A stretch of DNA of 64,000 nt from Candidatus Magasanikiibacteriota bacterium (GCA_903893485.1 CAITMK010000012.1:18708-82707), one strand, 5' to 3'. Positions 9,676-19,835 are shown, counted from the stretch's first letter. Program-made: numbers and translations. Notes: generated by a model from the sequence alone, not told the origin.

Positions 9676-10296
9676 ATGAAATCTACCATGCTTACCAAAA
9701 AGCAGTCAGAGCTGCTTGCCAAAATGGTCAATTTTTATAAAATGAACGATCGCGTGCCAACATATCGCGAATTGGCCGAGGAATTAGGTATTTCCTCGCC
9801 GGCAACCATTGCAGAGCACGTGTCTGGTTTGGTTAGTAAGGGTTTTTTAAAAAAAGTTGGCCAACAGATTGAGCTGACCATTAAAGCCTTTCAGCGGGGT
9901 AGTGCGGTGCGGATCCCACTTATGGGCCTCATTACCGCTGGTGAGCCAATTGAGGCCCTAGAAAACAGAGAGACAATCGTGGTACCATCTAACCTCGTCA
10001 TGGACGGAATGAATTCCTACGCGCTTAAGGTGCGCGGCGACTCCATGATCGAAGAAGGCATTTTTGACGGTGACTTTGTAGTGGTAGAACGCACGAATCG
10101 CCCACACGATGGTGATGTGGTTGTTGCGCTTTTAGACAATACCTATGCCACGCTCAAAAAGTTTTACCGCGAGAAAAATCGTATTCGTTTGCAACCGGCA
10201 AATAAACGCCTTAAGCCTATTTTTGTTAAAGATTGTATTATCCAAGGGGTTGTTCGTGGCGTAATTCGCACATTCAGAACTGCCGGAACGTTTTAA
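9676..10296 (+). CDS. lexA: SOS repressor LexA
   Basis: wHTH (PTYRELAEELGISSPATI), AG cleavage site (ITAGEP), GDSM serine, ATLKKF lysine. Confidence 0.97.
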   Translation: MKSTMLTKKQSELLAKMVNFYKMNDRVPTYRELAEELGISSPATIAEHVSGLVSKGFLKKVGQQIELTIKAFQRGSAVRIPLMGLITAGEPIEALENRETIVVPSNLVMDGMNSYALKVRGDSMIEEGIFDGDFVVVERTNRPHDGDVVVALLDNTYATLKKFYREKNRIRLQPANKRLKPIFVKDCIIQGVVRGVIRTFRTAGTF

Positions 10297-10301
10297 TTGT
10301 A

Positions 10302-11489
10302 ATGGCTCAAATTCAATTATCAGAAGATCAGCAGCGTGCTTTTGACCAATTATTTGATTGGTCTATTAAGCCTGTCGGTGAATCGATTACGCTTGGAGGT
10401 TTTGCTGGCACGGGCAAAACAACACTCATCAGTATTTTACGCAAAGAAATTCGTCGTAAAAATGCGGGAACACGGGTTGCATTTGTTGCATTTACGGGCA
10501 AAGCGAGTCAAGTTTTGCGCGGCACTTTGGAGGCATCAAAATCGTTATACCCAGAAGATTCATGCGGCACAATTCATTCGCTGTTATACAAAGCGCATAC
10601 CGATAAAGACGGAAAATTAATGTATTGGAAGCGCGCCAAAACCGTGGAAGCCGAATTAATTATTGTGGACGAAGCCAGCATGGTCACCAGCGAAATCTGG
10701 GATGATTTATTGGCATGTGATATTCCAATTATTGCACTCGGGGACCACGGACAGCTGCCGCCGATCTCAGGAAAATTTAATTTAATGGAAAAGCCGCATA
10801 TCGTTTTAGAAAAAATCCATCGTCAGGCAGAAAATAATCCGATTATTCAGATTGCGCATGAAGCGCGACTTACTGGCACGGTGCGCGCCGGCACATATTC
10901 CAAAAGTGTGCGTAAATTTTCGCACGAAGTAAATGACCCAAGCGAAATTAATAATGTCATCGATCATTTATTCGAAAATTATCACGACGACATGATGATT
11001 TTGTGCGGCCGCAATAAAACGCGCACTCAAATTAACGCGGCAATCCGTACCAAAATGGGCCGCGAAGATGCAACTCCAGAAGTTGGCGACAAAGTTGTAT
11101 GTTTAAAAAATAATTACGATTTAGTGCATGCGCCAATTTACAACGGCATGACCGGTTACATTACGGAACTGACGCCACACAAAGAACATTGGTACGAAGC
11201 GAGCATTGATTTCCCAGAAGAGCGACGAACGTTTAATGGACTGATTATTAAGGATCAATTCGGTGCGCCAACACTGATCGATGAGATCAAAGGCGTTAAA
11301 TTCAAGGACTTGGGTGACAAATTTGATTTTGGTTATGCACTCACCGTTCACAAAGCGCAGGGCAGTCAGGCTAAAACCGTTGTGCTGTTTGAAGAACGTT
11401 TTCAAAAATCCGATGACGAACAATGGCGACGCTGGTTGTACACGGCCATCACGCGCGCACGCGAGAATCTTTACATTATTGGAGCTTAA
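10302..11489 (+). CDS. SF1B DNA helicase, RecD/Dda-like
   Basis: GFAGTGKT, DEASM, GDHGQLPP, HRQA, YALTVHKAQGSQ, LYTAITRA. Confidence 0.9.
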   Translation: MAQIQLSEDQQRAFDQLFDWSIKPVGESITLGGFAGTGKTTLISILRKEIRRKNAGTRVAFVAFTGKASQVLRGTLEASKSLYPEDSCGTIHSLLYKAHTDKDGKLMYWKRAKTVEAELIIVDEASMVTSEIWDDLLACDIPIIALGDHGQLPPISGKFNLMEKPHIVLEKIHRQAENNPIIQIAHEARLTGTVRAGTYSKSVRKFSHEVNDPSEINNVIDHLFENYHDDMMILCGRNKTRTQINAAIRTKMGREDATPEVGDKVVCLKNNYDLVHAPIYNGMTGYITELTPHKEHWYEASIDFPEERRTFNGLIIKDQFGAPTLIDEIKGVKFKDLGDKFDFGYALTVHKAQGSQAKTVVLFEERFQKSDDEQWRRWLYTAITRARENLYIIGA

Positions 11490-11563
11490 TTGATTTGACA
11501 GTCCATTTCAGGGGGGGGTAAAATGCTCATATTAGTAATGTTGGAACATTTAATCATAATAAT

Positions 11564-11875
11564 ATGGCATTTGACGGAAAAAGAGCAGAGGATATTGCTG
11601 CGGTTGCAGAAGAGGCAAAAGTTGAAGGAGAAGGTATTTGGACAAATTCAGATGGTTCTGAAACTCCAAAGCAAAAGATTCTCAATTTGAAGCAGCATAT
11701 CATTTCATATGAAAAACAATATGCAGTGAATATGGATGCAGCAATTGCGGACCCAACAGATTCGGAAGCTCTAGAATTGGCGGAGTTGGCGACAAAGAAA
11801 CTTGCGAAACTTCATGAAGAATTAACGGCGTTAGAGGCAGCGCATGCAAATCGTGTTGAAGAGGCTTTAAAGTAG
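11564..11875 (+). CDS. Hypothetical acidic helical protein
   Basis: 103-aa ORF with an upstream TTGACA promoter and a downstream terminator. Confidence 0.6.
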   Translation: MAFDGKRAEDIAAVAEEAKVEGEGIWTNSDGSETPKQKILNLKQHIISYEKQYAVNMDAAIADPTDSEALELAELATKKLAKLHEELTALEAAHANRVEEALK

Positions 11876-11888
11876 GTTTTAAAGCTTT

Positions 11889-11924
11889 AAAAAAGATACT
11901 CGTCACCGCGGCGAGTATCTTTTT
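11889..11924 (+). terminator. Intrinsic terminator, likely bidirectional
   Basis: AAAAAGATACTCG...CGAGTATCTTTTT. Confidence 0.8.
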
Positions 11925-11965
11925 GTTATATTGACCAAACCGTAAAAATAGCATAAGCTATTCCC

Positions 11966-13393
11966 ATGGAACACATCTCCCCATCAATTTTTTATCAGTA
12001 TTTTACGTGCCCGCACTGGCCGTGGTTTGAGCGTTTTGGCGACGAAACAAAACGGGGTGAATTTGGCGAGCTTCAAAAAAAGTTACTCGAACAGGGCGTG
12101 GCGAATGAAGAAAAATTCATGGCGGAGTTTACCAATGAAAAACAGGTGGTCACGATTGTGGCGGCAAATTGGCAGCAGGGATTGGAACAGACCAAAAAGG
12201 CTATGGCCGCTGGTGCAGACTTTATTTATCATGCGTATCTCCAGGATCGCACGTATCAGGGCATACCGGATTTGCTCATGCGTGTGGAAGGCAAAAGCAA
12301 ATTTGGCGCGTGGCAGTACGAACCTGTTGATATTAAATCTGGCTATGAATTGAAAGATGAATATAAATATCAGCTCGTGTTGTACGCGCTTTTGCTGGAA
12401 ATTGCGCTGGGTGTTCGCCCAAAGCAAGGGCATATCATCACCGCTTCACACGAATTTATTTCGTTCCCCGTTGATAATTTCATGGAGAAATTTTTTGATG
12501 TTTTAGAAAAAATCGAAGCAATTATTGGTGGCGAAAAGCCACCGCTGCAGCTCACCAAATCCTGCATGAACAGCCCATGGTATGCGTGTTGTGTTGAACA
12601 GGCTGAAGCGACCGACGACATCGCACTTTTGTATAAAGTCGATAAACGCGCCCTTGGAGCGCTGCACGAAGCGGGAATTAATACCGTCGAAGACGCCCGC
12701 CACATTGATCCAGAAATATTAGGCGACTCAATTCCATTTTTAAAAAAGGGTGGATTAGAGCGCATGAAAATGCAAGCAGAATCATTGAAAACAAAAAAAA
12801 TAATTTTGCGTAAACCTGTAAAAATGCCAACGGCCGCAAATATTGTGCATTTCGATATCGAAGGCGATCCACTTTTAGGACTTGAATATTTATTTGGATT
12901 TTTAATAGAAGGCAAAAATGGCGCGCCTGATGAATATAAGGCATTTGTTGCAGAAAAACCCGAAGACGAACGCAAAATGTGGCGTGAATTTTTAGATTGG
13001 CTCGCGGGCTTGCCAACAGATATGGTGATTTTTCATTATGCAACCTACGAAAAGTCGCGCCTGACCATGCTTGCACGCCGCTACGGTCGCGACATGTCGG
13101 AAATAGATCATGTAATCTTGGCCGCGTTCGCCGGCAAACTTTTTGATCTCAATGACATCGTAAAAGATAATTTTGTTTTCCCCTTATATTTTTACGGCCT
13201 CAAACAAATCGGAAAATTTCTTGGATTTCATTGGGATAGCGCCAAAGCTGGTGGCGCACAAAGTATTTTTTGGTATGAAGAATGGCTCAAAACAAATGAT
13301 CGTGAAATTCTAAATACGATTATTCAATACAACAAAGACGATGTGCGTGCGACAAAGTTTTTAAAGGATTGGATTGTGAATTATAAAGAATAA
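11966..13393 (+). CDS. TM0106 family RecB-like putative nuclease
   Basis: PD-(D/E)xK-like PDLL...VDIK with QLVLY; C-terminal RNase H-like FDIEGD, YGLKQIG, YNKDDV. Confidence 0.85.
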   Translation: MEHISPSIFYQYFTCPHWPWFERFGDETKRGEFGELQKKLLEQGVANEEKFMAEFTNEKQVVTIVAANWQQGLEQTKKAMAAGADFIYHAYLQDRTYQGIPDLLMRVEGKSKFGAWQYEPVDIKSGYELKDEYKYQLVLYALLLEIALGVRPKQGHIITASHEFISFPVDNFMEKFFDVLEKIEAIIGGEKPPLQLTKSCMNSPWYACCVEQAEATDDIALLYKVDKRALGALHEAGINTVEDARHIDPEILGDSIPFLKKGGLERMKMQAESLKTKKIILRKPVKMPTAANIVHFDIEGDPLLGLEYLFGFLIEGKNGAPDEYKAFVAEKPEDERKMWREFLDWLAGLPTDMVIFHYATYEKSRLTMLARRYGRDMSEIDHVILAAFAGKLFDLNDIVKDNFVFPLYFYGLKQIGKFLGFHWDSAKAGGAQSIFWYEEWLKTNDREILNTIIQYNKDDVRATKFLKDWIVNYKE

Positions 13394-13394
13394 T

Positions 13395-14552
13395 TTATTT
13401 GGGACGGGCTTCCGTTTGAGTACCAATGGGTAGAGATGGGGAGGTGATTATTTTTGGTACGTGATTTTGTGTATTTAAAAGAGCGGCATGCACAATTTGA
13501 TCAGAGGCAACATAAAAATTATAAATATTTTTGGGATAATCCGGATTAATTTTTTTCCATCTACTTCCATTGTAAAATGTTGAAAAATTTTCTAGGCTTT
13601 TTTCAGTAAAAGGAAAATCTAGGGCTGGATCATGCGATGATTCCATCGTCTTTTCATATAAATATGCCACAAATAGTTTTACCGCATTTTGTGGGTGATA
13701 CGTTTGTCCCTCGGTAAGTCCTAAATTGCGGCGAGCGCTGATTCCGGGACCTGTCATGAGCACATGAAATATTGAAAATGAGTATTCATGATGGCCGTCA
13801 TGACCCTCCCAGCGAAAGACTTCGCTCGAACCAAGTGGCGCACCACCAGCTTCTTGTTTCGCGATTGCTAAAAGTGAGCGAATAAATAACTCTGGTGACA
13901 TGCCAGGTTGTTCCAATATGTGAGCGATCATCGTTCCATACAATGGATCCGTTTGAAGTTCTGCAAGTGCCGCACTTGCGTAGATGCAAAAATCTTCATC
14001 AGTTATATAACGATCTTTGTTTTCGTGGGGGAGTGGTATCCAAGCGTCTTTTTCAGTTTTAATTAATTCACGCAACTCGGTATCCGGGATATTTATGGAA
14101 ATTGTTTTTGCAAGCTGCTTATTAAAATAGGCAAACTCAGGATATTTCGAAAATTTTTCAATAATTTTTGCTCGTGTATCGCCATGCACTGCATGATAAA
14201 ACAATAACCCCGTATCCTCAAAAATAATTTCACCATTAGGTAATTTCTTAGTTTGGTCAGCGCGCTCTGCCTCGGTGAAATCGCCATTTTTATGAAACAC
14301 AAAAAATGGTGATTCGTCTGGTGAAATTTTACGTAAATTAAATTTTATTTCGTCATTTTCATCTTTGGTTTCACTGACCATGTGTTTTGCACGCACATCT
14401 TCCTTACAGGAGCTTGCGCCCATGAGTATGACAGCTGCACCAAGTGCCGTTCCAATCTTTCCCAAAAGTGCGTTTTGCACGCGATCATATGGTGTATTTG
14501 TGTGCGTCGGTGCTTCTGGCAAACCAGTATGCAGAAATTTATTTTGCTCCAT
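13395..14552 (-). CDS. Putative lipoprotein with LysM-like and lysozyme/transglycosylase-like regions
   Basis: Hydrophobic segment ending in ASSC; YHAVHGDTRAKII; IAKQEAGG; FYNG. Confidence 0.5.
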   Translation of the reverse strand: MEQNKFLHTGLPEAPTHTNTPYDRVQNALLGKIGTALGAAVILMGASSCKEDVRAKHMVSETKDENDEIKFNLRKISPDESPFFVFHKNGDFTEAERADQTKKLPNGEIIFEDTGLLFYHAVHGDTRAKIIEKFSKYPEFAYFNKQLAKTISINIPDTELRELIKTEKDAWIPLPHENKDRYITDEDFCIYASAALAELQTDPLYGTMIAHILEQPGMSPELFIRSLLAIAKQEAGGAPLGSSEVFRWEGHDGHHEYSFSIFHVLMTGPGISARRNLGLTEGQTYHPQNAVKLFVAYLYEKTMESSHDPALDFPFTEKSLENFSTFYNGSRWKKINPDYPKNIYNFYVASDQIVHAALLNTQNHVPKIITSPSLPIGTQTEARPK

Positions 14553-14593
14553 ATGCATTAGTATACCCGATTTTCTGATATAATGTCTTCACT

Positions 14594-15568
14594 ATGAAGT
14601 TCGACATTATTTCTATTGGCGATGCCACGATTGATACGTTTTTGTTTCTTCACGAAGCGCAGGTTAAATGTACCATTAAATCAGAAGAATGCGAACTGTG
14701 TTTTCCATACGGCGAAAAGTTGCCCGTTCAAAGTTTGCATCGCACAGTCGCCGGAAATGCATGCAACAATGCAATTGCAAATGCACGTTTTGGGTTTAAA
14801 AATGCATTTGTAGTTTCTGTGGGCGAGGACCCAAGTGGTAATTGGATCATTGATGCCTTAAAAAAAGAGGGAATTAATACCGCATTTGTAAAAAAAGATA
14901 AAAAAACACAGACAAACGCATCGACGGTATTGAGTTTTAAGGGTGAACGCACAATTTTTGTATATCATTCGCCACGTGTTTATGCATTGCCACCAAAAAT
15001 GCCAAAAGCAAAAGCGGTATATTACACCAGCGTAGGTTTAAATCATGAAAAATTAAATAATCAAGTAGCGGCATACGTTAAAAAAACGGGCGCGCGACTT
15101 GGATTTAATCCGGGCACGTACCAAATGAACGCTGGCCTTGAAAAAATGCGTTCAGTTTTGGCAGTTACGGAAATGCTTTTTATAAATAAACAGGAAGCTG
15201 CGCGCATCTTGGCAGTTCATGGGAGTATTGCAGAGCACGCACGCCTATTTCATAATCTTGGTGTTCGTACCGTAATTATTACGGATGGCGCTAATGGTGC
15301 ATTTGTCTCCGATAGTCAGCAAATGTATTTTTTGGGAGTACCAAAAACTAAGGTTGTAGAACGGACCGGTGCAGGTGATTCATTTGCAGCTGGTTTTATG
15401 GCAGCGCGGCTGCAAGGAAAATCTATTCCTGAGGCAATGCGCATTGGCTCCGCAAATGCTTCTTCGGTAATCATGCATATTGGTCCACAAACAGGGTTGC
15501 TGAGCATGGCGCAAATAAAAAATTTCATAAAAAAATATAAAATTGGTACCCCACATTTAGTAAAATAA
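14594..15568 (+). CDS. PfkB family carbohydrate kinase
   Basis: AGNACNNA, INKQEA, ERTGAGDSFAAGF. Confidence 0.93.
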   Translation: MKFDIISIGDATIDTFLFLHEAQVKCTIKSEECELCFPYGEKLPVQSLHRTVAGNACNNAIANARFGFKNAFVVSVGEDPSGNWIIDALKKEGINTAFVKKDKKTQTNASTVLSFKGERTIFVYHSPRVYALPPKMPKAKAVYYTSVGLNHEKLNNQVAAYVKKTGARLGFNPGTYQMNAGLEKMRSVLAVTEMLFINKQEAARILAVHGSIAEHARLFHNLGVRTVIITDGANGAFVSDSQQMYFLGVPKTKVVERTGAGDSFAAGFMAARLQGKSIPEAMRIGSANASSVIMHIGPQTGLLSMAQIKNFIKKYKIGTPHLVK

Positions 15569-15569
15569 T

Positions 15570-16505
15570 ATGTTAGTAAATTTAAATAAGGTATTACCCG
15601 CGGCGCGAAAAAATAAATATGCAGTTGGTGCATTTAATTTTTCCAATTTGGAATTAGCGCAGGCAATTGTGCAAGCTGCTGATGCGCTTGGTGCCCCAGT
15701 CGTAATTCAAACATCTGAAGGTGCAATTGAATACGGTGGCATGGAATATCTGGCAGCTATTGGGCATGTTGCCGCGCAAATACATGAAAAAATTCCCGTG
15801 GTTTTGCATTTAGATCATGGTCGTGATCCAGCGCTGGTTGAAAAAGCTATTAAGTCGGGTTGGTACACAAGTGTCATGATTGATGTTTCAAATTTGGCGT
15901 ATGCAGAAAATGTTCGCATCACATCACGCATTGTTGAAATGGCACATGAACGTGGCATGAGTGTGGAGTCAGAACTCGGCCCAATTTTGGGAGTTGAAGA
16001 TAAACTGCGCAGCACCGAAGCTGCATTTACCGATCCAAAACAAGTAAAACAATTTATTGCCGACACCAAATGCGACGCACTTGCTATTTCAGTTGGCACG
16101 GCGCATGGACTGATTAAATATCCTCGCGGTGTAACACCAAAAATTGATATTGCGCGCTTGGAAGAAATCGCCGCGATTTCTTCGATTCCGCTTGTGTTGC
16201 ATGGTGCAAGTTGTGTGCCACATGTGTTGCTCGAGCGCATCCACGAAAAATGTGAAACGCTTAATGATTGCAGTCGCGCACACGATGCGGTTGGCGTCCC
16301 CGAAGATCAAATTCAGCGCGCAATTGCAGCTGGTATTTCAAAAATAAATGTTGACTCAGATATTCGTTTGGCATTTACTGGCGCCGTACGCCAAGAGTTA
16401 ATGACCGATACCGATATTACGGACCCGCGCAAATTAATTGGTCCCGGCCGTGATGCAGTACAGCAAATGGTTTCCGACAGAATCAAACTTTTTGGCTGGA
16501 AATAA
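15570..16505 (+). CDS. fba: Class II fructose-bisphosphate aldolase
   Basis: AVGAFN, HLDHG, VGTAHG, LVLHGAS, KINVDSD, DPRK. Confidence 0.95.
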   Translation: MLVNLNKVLPAARKNKYAVGAFNFSNLELAQAIVQAADALGAPVVIQTSEGAIEYGGMEYLAAIGHVAAQIHEKIPVVLHLDHGRDPALVEKAIKSGWYTSVMIDVSNLAYAENVRITSRIVEMAHERGMSVESELGPILGVEDKLRSTEAAFTDPKQVKQFIADTKCDALAISVGTAHGLIKYPRGVTPKIDIARLEEIAAISSIPLVLHGASCVPHVLLERIHEKCETLNDCSRAHDAVGVPEDQIQRAIAAGISKINVDSDIRLAFTGAVRQELMTDTDITDPRKLIGPGRDAVQQMVSDRIKLFGWK

Positions 16506-16511
16506 TTTAAA

Positions 16512-16992
16512 TAAAAAATGCCTCCAGTAACCTTCCGAAATTAAACGGCTGGTTTCTGGAGGTCTTGTGACTTGTTAGTCTTTGGTATCGTCAACCTATC
16601 GGCTGAAAATCCCATTAACACCCATTTCCGCTTTGTCAAAGGCGGATTTTCCCCATCTGTTATTATCACCACGGACGCAGCGATCTTTCTGTGGGAGGTG
16701 TGAGGACGCACACCATGCATCTCTGCTTCATTTTTTATTCCGCAGTAAGCGCGGAAAAGGAGTCGTCGGGTATTGTACCCGCTGACTATACCTGGTAACC
16801 CTCCGCTCCCTACTCTCCCTTGGTTGATACGCCAAGGTTTTCAGGTTAAGAAGTTGGGCTTTGGCATCAGCGTAGCGCTGACAAACTGTTGGCCAAGAGC
16901 TGCGGATATGGCGCTCAATCCGGCATTACGCCAGGTAACCCCACTATCGCACGCATGCGCGTGCAGTTAACGGCCCTAAGGCAGGTCAACTT
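16512..16992 (-). ncRNA. Putative large structured ncRNA (~480 nt), family unknown
   Basis: Minus-strand TTGACA(17022-17027)-17-TATTTT promoter, about 10 hairpins, a long-range TACCTGG/CCAGGTA stem, terminal CCTCCAG/CTGGAGG hairpin plus U tract; no credible ORF. Confidence 0.65.
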
Positions 16993-17044
16993 GTGTATAA
17001 AATATCAAAAGACGGTGATTTTGTCAACCCCCGTCCATAGAAAT

Positions 17045-18013
17045 CTACTTTAAAGCCTTTTTTGTCGCTCTTACAATATCAGCCGCGGTCATCCCGTATT
17101 TTTCTAAAAGTTCTGTTGGAGTTCCGGATTCGCCAAAACAATTTGGCATACCAACCGGCTGAATTGGCACAGGAAATGTGCTGCGTGCACTGCATTCAGC
17201 AATGGCACCAAATAATCCACCACTAATTTGGTGCTCTTCAACGGTTACGGCCGCGCCAGTTTTTTTGAGCGATCCTAAAATAGTTTTTTCATCGAGTGGC
17301 GAGATGGTTGGACAGTTAATTACTTCGGCATCGATATTTTCTTTTTTCAAAAGTTCAGCGGCCTTTAGTGCTTCGTGTAAAAGTGGCCCGCATGCAATGA
17401 TTGAAATATTTTTCCCTGGGCGTACCACATATGCGCGGCCAATTTCAAATTCGGTTTCTGGCGTGGTGATGATTGGTGTTTTTTCGCGCGTTAAACGCAA
17501 ATATACGGGCCCATCATAGGTTGCCGCAGCGCGTGTTGCACGCTCGGCCTCAAGCGCATCGCAGGGAACAAGCACCACCATTCCTGGTAATACGCGCATA
17601 ATCGCAATGTCCTCGAGCGCTTGATGAGTTGCGCCATCAGGGCCAACAGAGATCCCTGCATGGGCGCCAACAATTTTTACATTCAAATTTGAATACGCAA
17701 CTGAAACACGAATTTGATCCCAATTGCGTCCTGGTGAAAATACCGCGTAACTCACGGCAAATGGAATTTTTCCCGTTGTAGCTAAACCAGCTGCAACGCC
17801 TGCCATATTTTGTTCGGACACGCCCATTTCAAAAAAACGATTTGGATATTTTTTTGCAAATGCTTCAACGCGGGTACTTTCAATTAAATCAGCGCAAAGG
17901 GCAACGATATGTTCATTTGCATCGCCAGCTGCAATAAGTCCGGTACCAAAACCGTCGCGCGTTGGTTTTGACGCGACATCGATATCAAAAATTTTTGGAT
18001 TTAGTGCAAACAT
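17045..18013 (-). CDS. Transketolase, C-terminal subunit
   Basis: TRDGFG, EMGVSEQNM, GPDGATHQALED, VEEHQ. Confidence 0.95.
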   Translation of the reverse strand: MFALNPKIFDIDVASKPTRDGFGTGLIAAGDANEHIVALCADLIESTRVEAFAKKYPNRFFEMGVSEQNMAGVAAGLATTGKIPFAVSYAVFSPGRNWDQIRVSVAYSNLNVKIVGAHAGISVGPDGATHQALEDIAIMRVLPGMVVLVPCDALEAERATRAAATYDGPVYLRLTREKTPIITTPETEFEIGRAYVVRPGKNISIIACGPLLHEALKAAELLKKENIDAEVINCPTISPLDEKTILGSLKKTGAAVTVEEHQISGGLFGAIAECSARSTFPVPIQPVGMPNCFGESGTPTELLEKYGMTAADIVRATKKALK

Positions 18014-18014
18014 A

Positions 18015-18872
18015 TTATTGGTGTTCACCAGTTATAACGCCGCCGAGCGTGCGTAGTTCATTCAATGCTTTTTTGGCCTCATCGCTTGTAGGTGGTTTGC
18101 CGTGCCACAAAAAATTATTTTCCATGAAGTCCACGCCTTTGCCTGGAATGGTATGCATCATGATTAATGTTGGGCGTTCATGAATTGCCGCAGCTTCTTC
18201 GCAGGCATCAATAATCGCACGCATATTGTGGCCATCGGCTTCAATCACATGCCAGTTAAAAGCCTCATATTTTTGGCGCAGTGGCTCGAGCGGCATGATG
18301 GATTCAGTGGTTCCGTCGATCTGAATATTATTACGATCCATGATCACGGTTAGATTTGATAAACGATATTTTGCTGCACACAAAATTGCTTCCCAGGTTT
18401 GGCCTTCTTCTTGTTCACCATCGGAAACCAAACAATATACGCGTGCCGTGGAATTATCCATGCGTAGGCCAAGCGCCGCACCAACTGCTTGCGAAATTCC
18501 TTGGGCTAGGGGACCACCGGTGTTTTCAATGCCAGGAAGTGAACCCAAATGAGGATGACCTTGTAATCGAGAATTTAATTTTCGTAATGTTTTAAGTTCA
18601 TCCGGTGGAAAAAATCCACGTCGTGCAAGTGTGGCATACCACACGGGGCAAATATGTCCGTTTGATAAAAAAATTCGGTCGCGCAGCGGATCTTGTGGCT
18701 TGCTTGGATTTACATTTGCAACCGCAAAATATAAAGCCGTAAAAACATCAGCCATGCCGAGTGGCCCAGCGCTGTGGCCAGAGCCAGCTTCAACCAACAT
18801 CGCAATAATATTTTGGCGAATTTGGTTTGCGTGCGATTCAAGTTCTGCAATTGCAGCATCGGTAAGGAGCAT
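18015..18872 (-). CDS. Transketolase, N-terminal subunit
   Basis: GSGHSAG, LSNGH, RLQGHP, SDGEQEEGQTWEA TPP-binding motif. Confidence 0.95.
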   Translation of the reverse strand: MLLTDAAIAELESHANQIRQNIIAMLVEAGSGHSAGPLGMADVFTALYFAVANVNPSKPQDPLRDRIFLSNGHICPVWYATLARRGFFPPDELKTLRKLNSRLQGHPHLGSLPGIENTGGPLAQGISQAVGAALGLRMDNSTARVYCLVSDGEQEEGQTWEAILCAAKYRLSNLTVIMDRNNIQIDGTTESIMPLEPLRQKYEAFNWHVIEADGHNMRAIIDACEEAAAIHERPTLIMMHTIPGKGVDFMENNFLWHGKPPTSDEAKKALNELRTLGGVITGEHQ

Positions 18873-18911
18873 AGTCCTTACAGTATAGCAGTTTGTTGCG
18901 CGCTGCTCCAC

Positions 18912-19823
18912 TTACAAGCGGTTTAAGTATTCAATCGCGGCAAGTGCAGCGGTACAACCCATTCCGGCGGCAACAACAATTTGTTTGTATGGCGTATTGG
19001 TAACGTCGCCGGCTGCAAAAAGCCCTGGCATATTGGTGCGACAAAGCGCGTCCACCATAATTTGACCAAGCGGATCTTTTTCTGCGGGCACGAACGCTGA
19101 ATTTGCTTTGTTGCCAATATGAATCATAACACCTTGTGATTCCACGGTGCGCGGAACGCCATTTTGTGTAAAGGTGACGCCACTAACCGCGCCTTCGCCT
19201 TCAATTTTTTGCGTGAGAGCGTTATAAATAATTTCTACATTTGGCGTTGCAGCTAATTTATCAATTAAAATTTGATCGCCTTTGAATTTATCATTTTTAT
19301 TAATTACGTACACTTTTTTTGCAAGCATTGCCATCATGAGCGCCGATTCAAGCGCGCTATTACCGCCGCCAATAGTGGTAGTAATTTTATTTTTGAAAAG
19401 CGGTCCATCGCACGTGGTGCAATAGGTAACGCCATGATGATAATTTGCTTCTTCGCCGGGCGCGCCCAATTTTTTTGGTTTTACGCCGGTTGCAATAATT
19501 ACTGCGCGCGCTTCAAAAGTTTTAGTAACGCCAGAAAGGGAAGTTGCGGTTGCGCTCCAGCCGCCTGGAACCTGCTCTAATTTTTCAACGGTAAATCCTT
19601 CTTCGATGGTGACATTATTGTAAATGAGTTGCGCTTTGAGTTGATCCGCCATTTCAAAACCGGTTGTGCTATTCACGGTTGGCCAATTCTCAACCACGCC
19701 AGACAGTGCAACTTCGCCGCCTAAATCGCTGGCAAGTAACACAAAATCCAATTTACGGCGTGAAGCGTACACAGCTGCGGTTGTTCCGGCGATCGATCCG
19801 CCAATAATAATCAAATCCATCAT
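18912..19823 (-). CDS. trxB: Thioredoxin reductase-like FAD oxidoreductase
   Basis: IIATG, YCTTCDG, GGGNSA, FAAGDVT, KQ. Confidence 0.88.
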   Translation of the reverse strand: MMDLIIIGGSIAGTTAAVYASRRKLDFVLLASDLGGEVALSGVVENWPTVNSTTGFEMADQLKAQLIYNNVTIEEGFTVEKLEQVPGGWSATATSLSGVTKTFEARAVIIATGVKPKKLGAPGEEANYHHGVTYCTTCDGPLFKNKITTTIGGGNSALESALMMAMLAKKVYVINKNDKFKGDQILIDKLAATPNVEIIYNALTQKIEGEGAVSGVTFTQNGVPRTVESQGVMIHIGNKANSAFVPAEKDPLGQIMVDALCRTNMPGLFAAGDVTNTPYKQIVVAAGMGCTAALAAIEYLNRL

Positions 19824-19835
19824 AGTGTATTGAGT

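Noticed and set aside
11894-11910. 17-nt exact match AGATACTCGTCACCGCG between this terminator and rnpB (34190-34206)
   Set aside because: One 17-mer match in 64 kb is within chance expectation and does not extend on either side.
16512-16992. tmRNA, SRP RNA, 6S RNA or group I/II intron as the identity of the structured region
   Set aside because: No T-arm/CCA end, tag ORF, SRP core or domain V. The GACUA/UAGUC segments are in the wrong order for group I P7, and one of them is used in a local hairpin.
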